In this document: positions 17,335 to 24,818 of the stretch, one piece after another
Position numbering within the stretch: position 1 is the first letter of the stretch
How the letters are laid out: the number at the start of each line of letters is the position of its first letter
NCBI GenBank assembly: GCA_964652725.1
Contig: CAZZAU010000001.1
Location: 1 to 35,109 of the forward strand
From: an uncultured Dehalococcoidaceae bacterium
GTDB lineage: Bacteria > Chloroflexota > Dehalococcoidia > Dehalococcoidales > RBG-16-60-22
Length of the DNA stretch: 35,109 bases
Direction of reading: 5' to 3'
Translations under genes and position numbers: made by a program
The notes under the pieces: model-generated
The model's input: the letters and a program-made list of their open reading frames with translations, nothing else
Databases searched by the model: none
Told to the model about the DNA's origin: nothing

Positions 17335-18192
17335 CTAGCCCTTCCGTGCCACGTAAAGCATCATATGTCCGGCCAGCCGGCGCAGGACTGCGGACTCCAC
17401 CAGAGCGCCAAACAGGCGGCCCGGCCCGCTAATGGCAGGACGTCCGGCCGGTGGAGCAGCCGTTTCCGTCGCTTTTCCGACCGGTGCACTCCCGGAGATG
17501 AAACGAGACAGGCCCAGGAAGAGGGGCAATTCGTCCTTGAGTCCCTTCCTAGCATTATAGGGATTGAGACTGATGACCGTAAAGCCGGATGCCCGCAGCA
17601 GATGCTTGAACTCGCGCACCGTGAACGCATACTGATAGAACCCGGGGCGCCGGTTTCCGCGGTAGAGGCCGAGACCTCCCTTCAGCCGGCGCAGCCAGTT
17701 GTAATAGGGCACGGTAGCCAGAAGCACGCCCCCCTTTTTCAGGACGCGGCTGGCTTCCGTCAGCGCCTTTTCGGGGCCGTCCTCGAAGTGCTCGACCACC
17801 CCAAGGGACGGGATAGCGTCGAAATGGCCGTCCGGACAGGGCAACTCCAGCACGTTGCCCACCTTAACCGGCAAGTCAGGGATGGCTTCCCTGACCTGTC
17901 TGACCACCTCCCGGCTTATATCGATTCCCTCGACGTCATACCCCTTCTCTCTGAGAATGGCCACGTACTGTCCCAGTCCGCACCCGGCTTCCAGGATTTT
18001 ACCGGACGGAGGCAGATGACCCAGCAGGACCGGAAGCAGGCGCCGGTCGCTGCGGGCCCACTCGACCCACCGGGCGACATCAAGGTCCTGCCAGTGTCGC
18101 CCCCAGTGGTCTGCATCGGCCGGCCGGCCGTAGACCGCCAGGCGCTGCCCGGTTTTTGTCCAGCGACTCAAGAGGCACCCCCCGGGCGGCAC
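17335..18192 (-). CDS. class I SAM-dependent methyltransferase
   Basis: ILEAGCGLGQY, DVEGIDIS, FDAIPSLGVVEHFEDG, LKKGGVLLATVP. The only start at the ORF's 5' end is GTG at 18192. Confidence 0.7.
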   Translation of the reverse strand: MPPGGCLLSRWTKTGQRLAVYGRPADADHWGRHWQDLDVARWVEWARSDRRLLPVLLGHLPPSGKILEAGCGLGQYVAILREKGYDVEGIDISREVVRQVREAIPDLPVKVGNVLELPCPDGHFDAIPSLGVVEHFEDGPEKALTEASRVLKKGGVLLATVPYYNWLRRLKGGLGLYRGNRRPGFYQYAFTVREFKHLLRASGFTVISLNPYNARKGLKDELPLFLGLSRFISGSAPVGKATETAAPPAGRPAISGPGRLFGALVESAVLRRLAGHMMLYVARKG

Positions 18193-18302
18193 GCGGGCAG
18201 CAGAGAGATGAACAGTTCTTCTTTTCTCATTGCGCAGCCGCCAACCGGGAAGGATATCATTCCAGCTCTCCCGTCATCCCTGTTCCGCGTAGAGAAACCA
18301 TG

Positions 18303-19574
18303 CTACAGGCTGCGGTAACAGAACCCAGCCTTTTCCGCCTCCCCTCTGTCGAAGAAGCGCCGCACGTCCACCAGCACCGGCGGGTGTCTTTGCAGCGCCC
18401 TGAGGTCGTCAAGGCTGAACCGGCGGAATGCGGTATGTCCCACGGCCAGTATGATGGCGTCCACCCTGTCCATTCTCAGTGTTTCCATGTCAGCACGGTC
18501 GATTAGCTCTATGCGGAACTGCCCCTCCAGCTCCGGGATGGGCACCAGAGGTTCATAGCCCAGGACGTGTATGCGGTATTCCTCCAGCTTCTTTATGATG
18601 CCGCCCACCGGGCTTTCCCTGGTATCGGCAACATCTTCCTTATAAGTCAGACCGAGAACAAGCACCCGTGAACCCTTGATTACTTTGCCCACCTCGTTCA
18701 ATGCTTTTATGGTCAGCTCGGCGACGTACTCTGGCATGAAGTCGTTTATCGCCCTTCCCGCCAGTATAACCCGCGAATGGTAGCCCAGCTCCCGGGCACG
18801 GTACACCAGGTAATGCGGGTCTACGGGGATGCAGTGTCCCCCCACCAGCCCCGGAGAGTACCGGTGGAAGTTCCACTTGGTGGCCGCGGCCTCCAGCACC
18901 GCCGCGCTGTCCAGCCCCAGCTTGTGGAAGATAATGGTCAGCTCATTGACCAGGGCAATGTTCAGGTCCCGCTGGATATTCTCGATTACCTTGGCCGCCT
19001 CGGCGGTCTTAAGATTGGGCGCTACGTGTATGTGGGGTGTCACCTTGCGGTACAGCTCCGCCACGGCAATAGTGGTTTCCCGGTCCATACCGGCCACTAC
19101 CTTGGTAATCCTGTCCACCGTGTGTTCTGTATCGCCGGGGTTGATTCTTTCCGGGGAATAGGCTACCTTGAAATCAGGCCCCGCTCTGAAACCTGATGCT
19201 TCTTCCAGAATGGGCTGAAGCACTTCTTCCGTGACTCCCGGATATACGGTGGATTCCAGGATTACCATTGCTCCCTTGCCCATATTGCGCCCGATAGTCC
19301 GGGCAGCGTCACGCAGGTGTGAAAGGTCCGGCTCGGAGGAGGTGGTAAGCGGGGTAGGGACGCAGATGATAATGAAACCGGCCTCTTTCATAAGTGAAGG
19401 GTCACCGGTGAAGATGATGGAGTGCTGCGCGGAGTTCCGGAGCCGTTCCAGCTTCCTTGTGTCCGTATCATAACCGATGACCGGCAGGTACGCAGCGAAT
19501 GCTTCCGCGAGTGGCAACCCCACATAACCCATGCCCACCACGCAGACGGTGGTACCTGTTGATTCTGGTTTCAT
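18303..19574 (-). CDS. nucleotide-sugar dehydrogenase (UDP-glucose/GDP-mannose dehydrogenase family)
   Basis: N-terminal Rossmann VCVVGMGYVGLPLAEAF. Catalytic-Cys region VGGHCIPVDP. C-terminal UDP-binding-like domain VLGLTYKEDVADTRESP. Confidence 0.88.
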   Translation of the reverse strand: MKPESTGTTVCVVGMGYVGLPLAEAFAAYLPVIGYDTDTRKLERLRNSAQHSIIFTGDPSLMKEAGFIIICVPTPLTTSSEPDLSHLRDAARTIGRNMGKGAMVILESTVYPGVTEEVLQPILEEASGFRAGPDFKVAYSPERINPGDTEHTVDRITKVVAGMDRETTIAVAELYRKVTPHIHVAPNLKTAEAAKVIENIQRDLNIALVNELTIIFHKLGLDSAAVLEAAATKWNFHRYSPGLVGGHCIPVDPHYLVYRARELGYHSRVILAGRAINDFMPEYVAELTIKALNEVGKVIKGSRVLVLGLTYKEDVADTRESPVGGIIKKLEEYRIHVLGYEPLVPIPELEGQFRIELIDRADMETLRMDRVDAIILAVGHTAFRRFSLDDLRALQRHPPVLVDVRRFFDRGEAEKAGFCYRSL

Positions 19575-19624
19575 TTGTGACCTCGAAATTAAGTAGCTGC
19601 TCTTCTATCTGTGACAGTTGTCCA

Positions 19625-19653
19625 ATTATAGCGCAGATGCCCCTGGCTCTCAA
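19625..19653 (-). promoter_or_regulatory. sigma70-like promoter of the minus-strand operon (dehydrogenase to membrane protein)
   Basis: Minus strand: TTGAGA (19648-19653), 17 nt, TATAAT (19625-19630). About 50 nt upstream of the ATG at 19574, which is preceded by GAGGT. Confidence 0.55.
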
Positions 19654-19673
19654 GGGCTTCCGCAGCGGCCTGG

Positions 19674-19702
19674 TTGAGGCCATGGTTGCCGGAAGGTATA
19701 AT
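19674..19702 (+). promoter_or_regulatory. sigma70-like promoter of the 19741 operon, back to back with the previous one
   Basis: TTGAGG (19674-19679), 17 nt, TATAAT (19697-19702). About 39 nt upstream of the GTG at 19741. Confidence 0.55.
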
Positions 19703-19740
19703 AATGGGCAAATGAAGGATTACGGAAGCGGCGGAAAGAG

Positions 19741-21204
19741 GTGAATCTGCACCGGTATGAGAAACTGGCACCCCTGGCCCTGGTTCCGGTGCTGGCCCTG
19801 GCCTACTATGTGGCGTACATTCCGCACCTCACCTACCCCTATCCCGTGCACATAGACGAGTGGGTGCATCTGGCCTTCTCCAGGGCGATGCTCGAGGCGG
19901 GCAGCACTTCCTTCACCGACCCCTTTCTGGGCCAGTCCGCCGTTGGAGCGGGGAGTCCCCACCTTGAGGCCGGCTTTCACCTGTTCTGGGGGGTGTTCCA
20001 GCGTGTCAGCGGACTTTCCTGGATGGCTATCTACCGTTACTTTCCGGGTATTATCTTCGTACTGACGGTGGCCTCGGTGTACGTGCTGGGGCGGCGGAAA
20101 GGCTTCGGGTGGGAAGCCGCCTTTTTCACCGCTTTGATACCCACCACCGTGGGGATTCTAGGCCCCGGCTTCCTGGTGCCCCTGGCTACAGGTCTGTTCT
20201 TCACCCCCCTCGCTCTTTTCCTGGCTTTTTACCTGAGAAGCCCCCTGGCCTGGATAACCCTCTTCATCTTTATGAGCCTGCTGCTGGTAATGCACGCGCC
20301 TTCGGCGGTCTTCATCGCCCTGATTATTGGTCCATACGCGTTGCTGAATCTGAAAGGAGATTTCAGGCGCGCCCTGGGCCTCGGCCTGGCGCTGCTGGTC
20401 CCTTTTCTGCTACCTTTCCCCTGGATTTTCGATCTGCTGCTCCCCACGGCAAAGAGCGTCCTCGTCCCGCACCCTCTTACTCCCTACGTGGACTTTCCGC
20501 GGGTGCTCCGGGAGTACGGTTACCTGCCGGCAACGTTCTGCCTGGTGGGAACCGCCGTTTTGTTCCTGAAGGGTGGCAGGGAGAATACCGCGCTGGTGCT
20601 GGGTCTGCTGGGGGTGCTGCTGGTGCTGGTGGCGCGCTACACCTTCAACTACGGCATACACATTCTCTACGCTCGCGGGCTTATGTTCATGATGATGATG
20701 GTGGCAGTGGTGGGCGGGGCCGGTCTGGCGACATTCCGGAAACTCGATGCGCCGTTTCTTTCATCCTTCAGAGAAGGAAAACCCGTTCTGGCCAGGGCCA
20801 CCGGTGTGCTGTTGTTACTGGCTGTTTCGGCAGCGACGCTGGCCGTTGCGCTGCCGCAGCGCCTGAACACGCCCTACTATCATATGATCGACCACCAGGA
20901 GTATCAGGACTTCGTCTGGATGCGTGATAACCTGGGCGGCTCCTACCGGAAGGCCATACTGGACCCCTGGAAGGCAACCGCATTCACCGCCATCACCGGC
21001 AAGTTCGCCTATACCAGGATTCACATGGCGCCTACGCCCGTAGACCAGAAAGCCTACGCTTTCCTCGACAGCGGCTGCGAAGATACCGGGTTCCTGAGGC
21101 AGAACGGCATCTCCATCATATACAATCGCTCCGGGTGCCGGAATCCCGACCTTGTGGAGGTGAAGGAGAACATCTACCTCCTGAAGGAAGAAGGCCCGGA
21201 GTGA
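19741..21204 (+). CDS. polytopic membrane protein, GT-C-like candidate (paralog of 14435-16294)
   Basis: 487-aa ORF with a GTG start after AAGAGG. Many hydrophobic helices and a soluble C-terminal ~110 aa. An acidic/His motif HIDEWVH follows the first helix. Confidence 0.6.
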   Translation: MNLHRYEKLAPLALVPVLALAYYVAYIPHLTYPYPVHIDEWVHLAFSRAMLEAGSTSFTDPFLGQSAVGAGSPHLEAGFHLFWGVFQRVSGLSWMAIYRYFPGIIFVLTVASVYVLGRRKGFGWEAAFFTALIPTTVGILGPGFLVPLATGLFFTPLALFLAFYLRSPLAWITLFIFMSLLLVMHAPSAVFIALIIGPYALLNLKGDFRRALGLGLALLVPFLLPFPWIFDLLLPTAKSVLVPHPLTPYVDFPRVLREYGYLPATFCLVGTAVLFLKGGRENTALVLGLLGVLLVLVARYTFNYGIHILYARGLMFMMMMVAVVGGAGLATFRKLDAPFLSSFREGKPVLARATGVLLLLAVSAATLAVALPQRLNTPYYHMIDHQEYQDFVWMRDNLGGSYRKAILDPWKATAFTAITGKFAYTRIHMAPTPVDQKAYAFLDSGCEDTGFLRQNGISIIYNRSGCRNPDLVEVKENIYLLKEEGPE

Positions 21205-21226
21205 ACTGAGCAAACGTGCTTCTTTG

Positions 21227-21235
21227 TGGTATAAT
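21227..21235 (+). promoter_or_regulatory. extended -10 element (TGgTATAAT) upstream of the GtrB-like GT2
   Basis: TGGTATAAT read at 21227-21235 in the 71-bp gap. The -35 is poor (TGAGCA at 17 nt). Confidence 0.4.
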
Positions 21236-21275
21236 TCGGGCACGCAAGTCTGCCCAGGGAAAAGCAGGACGGGAG

Positions 21276-22190
21276 ATGAACAAACAACACGAAACGGGAC
21301 AAAAAGTCCTGGTGGCAATGCCCGCCTACAACGAGGAGAAATATATCGGCAGCCTGGTAGTGCAGGCCCGGCAGTATACGGACGAGGTGCTGGTGGTGGA
21401 TGACGGCAGCACAGACCGTACTGCCCGCGTTGCCGAGCTGGCGGGCGCCACCGTCATCAGACACGGCAAGAACCGGGGCTATGGGGCCAGCATCCAGAGC
21501 ATACTGACCGAGGCCAGAAAAAGGGCTCCGGACGTGCTGGTGCTGATGGACGCCGACGGCCAGCATGACCCCGGACAGATAAGCGCGCTCATCGGGGCGA
21601 TACGCAGCGGCAATGACCTGGCCGTGGGCTACCGCGTCATCGGCCGCGGGGAGATTCCGGCGCACCGGCGAATCGGGCAGAAGGTGCTGACCTTCTTCAG
21701 CGGTGTGCTCTCCAGGAGCGGTCTGTCCGATACCGAGTGCGGCTTCCGCGCTTTCTCGGGCAAGGCCCTGGGGGTGCTTCAGCCAGAGGAAAAGGGCATG
21801 GCAGTGTCCGCAGAAACCATCTCCGAGGCGGCAAGGAAGGGACTCAAAATTACGCAGGTGCCCGTCTCCGCCATCTACACCGGTGATGGTTCCACCTTCA
21901 ATCCCGTCAGACACGGCGTAGACGTGCTAAACCGTGTGCTGGTGATGATTTCCGAGCGGAGGCCACTGCTCTTTTTCGGGGTCGTGGGAGCCGTGCTCAT
22001 CGCTCTGGGGCTGGCAGCCGGGGTAGTGGTGGTGCGGTTGCTGTTTGCCTCAGAGGTCCTGCATGTGGGCACCGCCCTGCTGTCCATGATGCTCATCACC
22101 ATCGGTGTGTTGAGCATCTTCGCCGGGATAATACTGAATGTGCTGGTGAAGCGCATAAAAGAAGCAGGCCTGGCCGATACCCCGGACTGA
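21276..22190 (+). CDS. GT2 polyprenyl-phosphate glycosyltransferase, GtrB/CsbB/ArnC-like, with two C-terminal TM helices
   Basis: VLVAMPAYNEEKYIG, EVLVVDDGSTDRT, GKNRGYGASIQ, VLMDADGQHDP, DTECGFRAF. Two C-terminal helices follow: LLFFGVVGAVLIALGLAAGVVVV and LLSMMLITIGVLSIFAGIILNVL. ATG at 21276 chosen; the ORF opens at 21216. Confidence 0.8.
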   Translation: MNKQHETGQKVLVAMPAYNEEKYIGSLVVQARQYTDEVLVVDDGSTDRTARVAELAGATVIRHGKNRGYGASIQSILTEARKRAPDVLVLMDADGQHDPGQISALIGAIRSGNDLAVGYRVIGRGEIPAHRRIGQKVLTFFSGVLSRSGLSDTECGFRAFSGKALGVLQPEEKGMAVSAETISEAARKGLKITQVPVSAIYTGDGSTFNPVRHGVDVLNRVLVMISERRPLLFFGVVGAVLIALGLAAGVVVVRLLFASEVLHVGTALLSMMLITIGVLSIFAGIILNVLVKRIKEAGLADTPD

Positions 22191-22208
22191 CCGTGAGCGG
22201 AACACCCC

Positions 22209-23051
22209 TCACTCCACCCGCACCTGGAGAAAGAGCTGCCGGTATGCAGCGGTCTGTCCCTGCTTGGAAAGGACAAACTCGACCTTCTGACTGCCGGAGC
22301 GCTCCGGGGTAAAGCTTATCTCCTGCCGCCATTCTTCGCCGTGTCCCAGATTGATAGGCCCGGCCTGCCACCGGGCTTCTCCCTCCAGCTTCATTTCCAC
22401 CCGGTACTGCTCTGTCCGCCTTTCATGATTGATGATGACCAGTACCAAGTCAGCCGTATCGCCGGTATCAAGGGCGAGAGGGTAGTCTATCATGGCCCCG
22501 CCCGGTCCCAGCAGGTAGAACTCGGTGAACCGCTCGGACGTTTTGGGGGTAACCACATAATAGACCAGGCTGGCCGCGGCGGCCAGCAGTACCAGTGCTA
22601 GGAGTCCGGTCAGGACGCGGTCCGTTAGGCCATACCGTTGCCAGAAGGTCAGATGTGGGGTGAAGGCTGGGCAGTATCTCTCCGTTTCCTGAAGTCGCCC
22701 CCGCCGGTACCAGGCTACGGCTGCTCCCGCGGTTACCAGCAGCGCCATCGCCGTTGCCAGGGGCAGCAAACTGAGGCCCCACGGGGAAAAATTGAGCGCC
22801 AGGCCGGCCAGGGCTGTTGCCACGACACTCAGCACCGGGACCATCCCTGCGCGTTCGATGCTGGTGAGAGACGTTCTCCCGGGGAAGATGGCCAGAGTGA
22901 TCAAATAGCCCGGATAGAGCAGTACCAGGGGCAATCCCAGGGCGGTTCTCAGGACGCCGGAGGGAACCACGGCGATGAGAAGCAGTGAGATGAGCGCCGC
23001 GATGCCTGCCAGCAAAATGTCCGCATTGGCTTTGAGTCCGGTGAGTCGCAT
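22209..23051 (-). CDS. DUF1616-like membrane protein (4 TM helices plus C-terminal beta-rich domain)
   Basis: This is the C-terminal 280 codons of the 837-aa ORF, starting at the ATG at 23049-23051. DILLAGIAALISLLL...GLPLVLLYPGYLITLAIFPGR...SIERAGM...LALNFSPWGLSL matches my memory of the DUF1616 N-terminal pattern. After a fourth helix comes a soluble domain, TEFYLLGPGG...LVLVIINHERRTEQYRVEMKL. Confidence 0.6.
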   Translation of the reverse strand: MRLTGLKANADILLAGIAALISLLLIAVVPSGVLRTALGLPLVLLYPGYLITLAIFPGRTSLTSIERAGMVPVLSVVATALAGLALNFSPWGLSLLPLATAMALLVTAGAAVAWYRRGRLQETERYCPAFTPHLTFWQRYGLTDRVLTGLLALVLLAAAASLVYYVVTPKTSERFTEFYLLGPGGAMIDYPLALDTGDTADLVLVIINHERRTEQYRVEMKLEGEARWQAGPINLGHGEEWRQEISFTPERSGSQKVEFVLSKQGQTAAYRQLFLQVRVE

Positions 23052-23065
23052 CACGAATACTACTG

Positions 23066-23094
23066 AGTATAGCACAGACGAGGGCACTTGCCGA
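23066..23094 (-). promoter_or_regulatory. weak candidate promoter for the DUF1616-like gene
   Basis: Minus strand: TCGGCA (23089-23094), 17 nt, TATACT (23066-23071). The leader would be very short. Confidence 0.3.
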
Positions 23095-23115
23095 AGTCGG
23101 GTAGAGTCCGGGGCA

Positions 23116-23144
23116 TTGCGAAAAAGCCGTCTCACCTCTATAAT
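23116..23144 (+). promoter_or_regulatory. sigma70-like promoter of the long right-hand operon
   Basis: TTGCGA (23116-23121), 17 nt, TATAAT (23139-23144). It lies only about 22 nt upstream of the ATG at 23166. Confidence 0.55.
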
Positions 23145-23165
23145 TAAGCAAACCGGTATGCGACG

Positions 23166-24110
23166 ATGAAATATTTTGTGACCGGGGGCGCGGGCTTCAT
23201 CGGGAGCCACCTGGTAGATAGTCTGGCGGAGCGGGGTCAAGTGACCGTCTACGACAATCTGAGCTCCGGCAGACGGGAGCACCTGAAGCATCATCTGCGC
23301 AGCGAAGGGTTCCGGTTTGTGGAGGCCGACCTTCTGGAGACGGTGCTCCTGCGACGCGCGATGAGAGGGAGCGAGGTGGTCTTCCATATGGCGGCTAATC
23401 CGGAAGTGAAAGACGCTGCCGGCAACACGGAGCTGGACTTGAAGCAGGGCGCCATCGCTACCTACAATGTACTCGAAGCGATGCGACTTAACGGTGCCCG
23501 GGAAATCATCTTCGCCTCCAGCAGCACCGTATACGGAGACACGGGAGGGCAGGTCGTTGCCGAGGATTTCGGGCCGCTTCAACCCATATCTCTGTACGGA
23601 GCCAGCAAGCTGGCCGCAGAAGGTCTGATAACCGCTTTCTGCCACCTTTTTAATATGAAGGCCTGGGTTTTCCGCTTCGCCAACGTGGTGGGGAGCAGGG
23701 CGACCCACGGGGTGCTCTTCGATTTCATACGTAAGCTGAGACGGGACCCGGAGCGACTGGAAGTGCTGGGCGACGGCCGTCAGGAAAAGCCATATATCCA
23801 CGTAAAGGACTGCGTGGCCGGTATGCTGCATGGCTTCAAGCACGGGCGGGGGGACGTCAATGTCTATAATCTGGGCAACGCTGACGCGGTCAGCGTTACG
23901 GCTATTGCCCGTATGGTTGCGGCGCAAATGAAGCTGCCGGAGGTCGTACTGAGCTATACAGGAGGTGAGCGCGGCTGGCCCGGCGATGTACCCCGGGTGA
24001 GGCTGGACGTTTCCCGGATGGAAGGGCTGGGCTGGCAGCCGGAACGCAGCTCGGCGGAAGCAGTGCGCGCGGCGATAGCGGAACTCCTGGCAGAAACGGG
24101 GCAGAGGTAA
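23166..24110 (+). CDS. NAD-dependent nucleotide-sugar epimerase/dehydratase (extended SDR)
   Basis: KYFVTGGAGFIGSHLV (GxxGxxG) and catalytic YGASKLAAE (YxxxK). Confidence 0.85.
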   Translation: MKYFVTGGAGFIGSHLVDSLAERGQVTVYDNLSSGRREHLKHHLRSEGFRFVEADLLETVLLRRAMRGSEVVFHMAANPEVKDAAGNTELDLKQGAIATYNVLEAMRLNGAREIIFASSSTVYGDTGGQVVAEDFGPLQPISLYGASKLAAEGLITAFCHLFNMKAWVFRFANVVGSRATHGVLFDFIRKLRRDPERLEVLGDGRQEKPYIHVKDCVAGMLHGFKHGRGDVNVYNLGNADAVSVTAIARMVAAQMKLPEVVLSYTGGERGWPGDVPRVRLDVSRMEGLGWQPERSSAEAVRAAIAELLAETGQR

Positions 24111-24818
24111 ATGCAGGCGGTTATCCTGGCGGGAGGTCTGGGGACGAGGCTGGGCAGGCTCACCGCCAGTATGCCCAAGGTGATGGTGCCTATCCGGCGT
24201 AAGCCGTTCCTTTATTATCTGCTGCGCCTGCTCAAGAGCCGGGGGATGAAACACATCGTGCTGTGTACCGGCTATCTGGGGCATGTGGTGCGGGAATATT
24301 TCGGCGATGGCGGGACGCTGGGTCTCAGCATAAAGTACAGCGAGGAGAGAGAACAGTTGCTGGGCACCGGAGGTGCTCTGAAGCAGACCCGAGCCCTCCT
24401 GGATGAAAGCTTCTGGGTGATAAATGGAGATACCTACTTGCCAGCCGATTACGAGAGGGCTGGCGGGGTTTTCCTGGGTCAGGGACTCAAGGCGTTGATG
24501 ATGGTCTATGACAACGGGATAGATACGGGGGTGAAGAACAACGTGGCGCTGGACGGAAGGCAGAGAGTGGTCAGGTATGACAAAAAGGATAGCAGCCCAG
24601 AGATGAAGTATGTGGAAGCCGGGGTGCTGGCATTGCGGCGTGAGACGCTGGACATTATCGATGAAGGGCAGCCAAGCTCTCTGGAAGAGTCGATTTACCA
24701 GAGCTTGATAGGAGAGGGGCAAATGGGGGCTTTGGTAACAAAGGAAAGGTTCTATGACATCGGCACGCCCGAGCAGAGCCGGGCGTTTGAGGCCTTTATC
24801 GGAGAGGCGGTAGAATGA
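24111..24818 (+). CDS. hddC: sugar-1-phosphate nucleotidyltransferase, D-glycero-D-manno-heptose 1-phosphate guanylyltransferase-like
   Basis: MQAVILAGGLGTRLGRLT...PKVMVPIRRKPFLYYLL, GTGGAL, INGDTY. About 235 aa, and adjacent to hddA-like and gmhA-like genes. Confidence 0.7.
   Translation: MQAVILAGGLGTRLGRLTASMPKVMVPIRRKPFLYYLLRLLKSRGMKHIVLCTGYLGHVVREYFGDGGTLGLSIKYSEEREQLLGTGGALKQTRALLDESFWVINGDTYLPADYERAGGVFLGQGLKALMMVYDNGIDTGVKNNVALDGRQRVVRYDKKDSSPEMKYVEAGVLALRRETLDIIDEGQPSSLEESIYQSLIGEGQMGALVTKERFYDIGTPEQSRAFEAFIGEAVE

Noticed and set aside
22191-22208. Bidirectional terminator in the 18-nt convergent gap (GTGAG / CTCAC)
   Set aside because: The stem is only 5 bp, there is no U-tract on either strand, and part of the stem lies inside the DUF1616-like CDS.
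23052-24722. N-terminal about 557 codons of the 837-aa minus-strand ORF (22209-24722)
   Set aside because: This part is antisense to the SDR epimerase and hddC-like genes, which both carry strong family motifs. Its translation is Arg/Pro/Gly/His-rich with no recognisable domain. Only the last 280 codons, from the ATG at 23051, form a coherent membrane protein with its own upstream gap.
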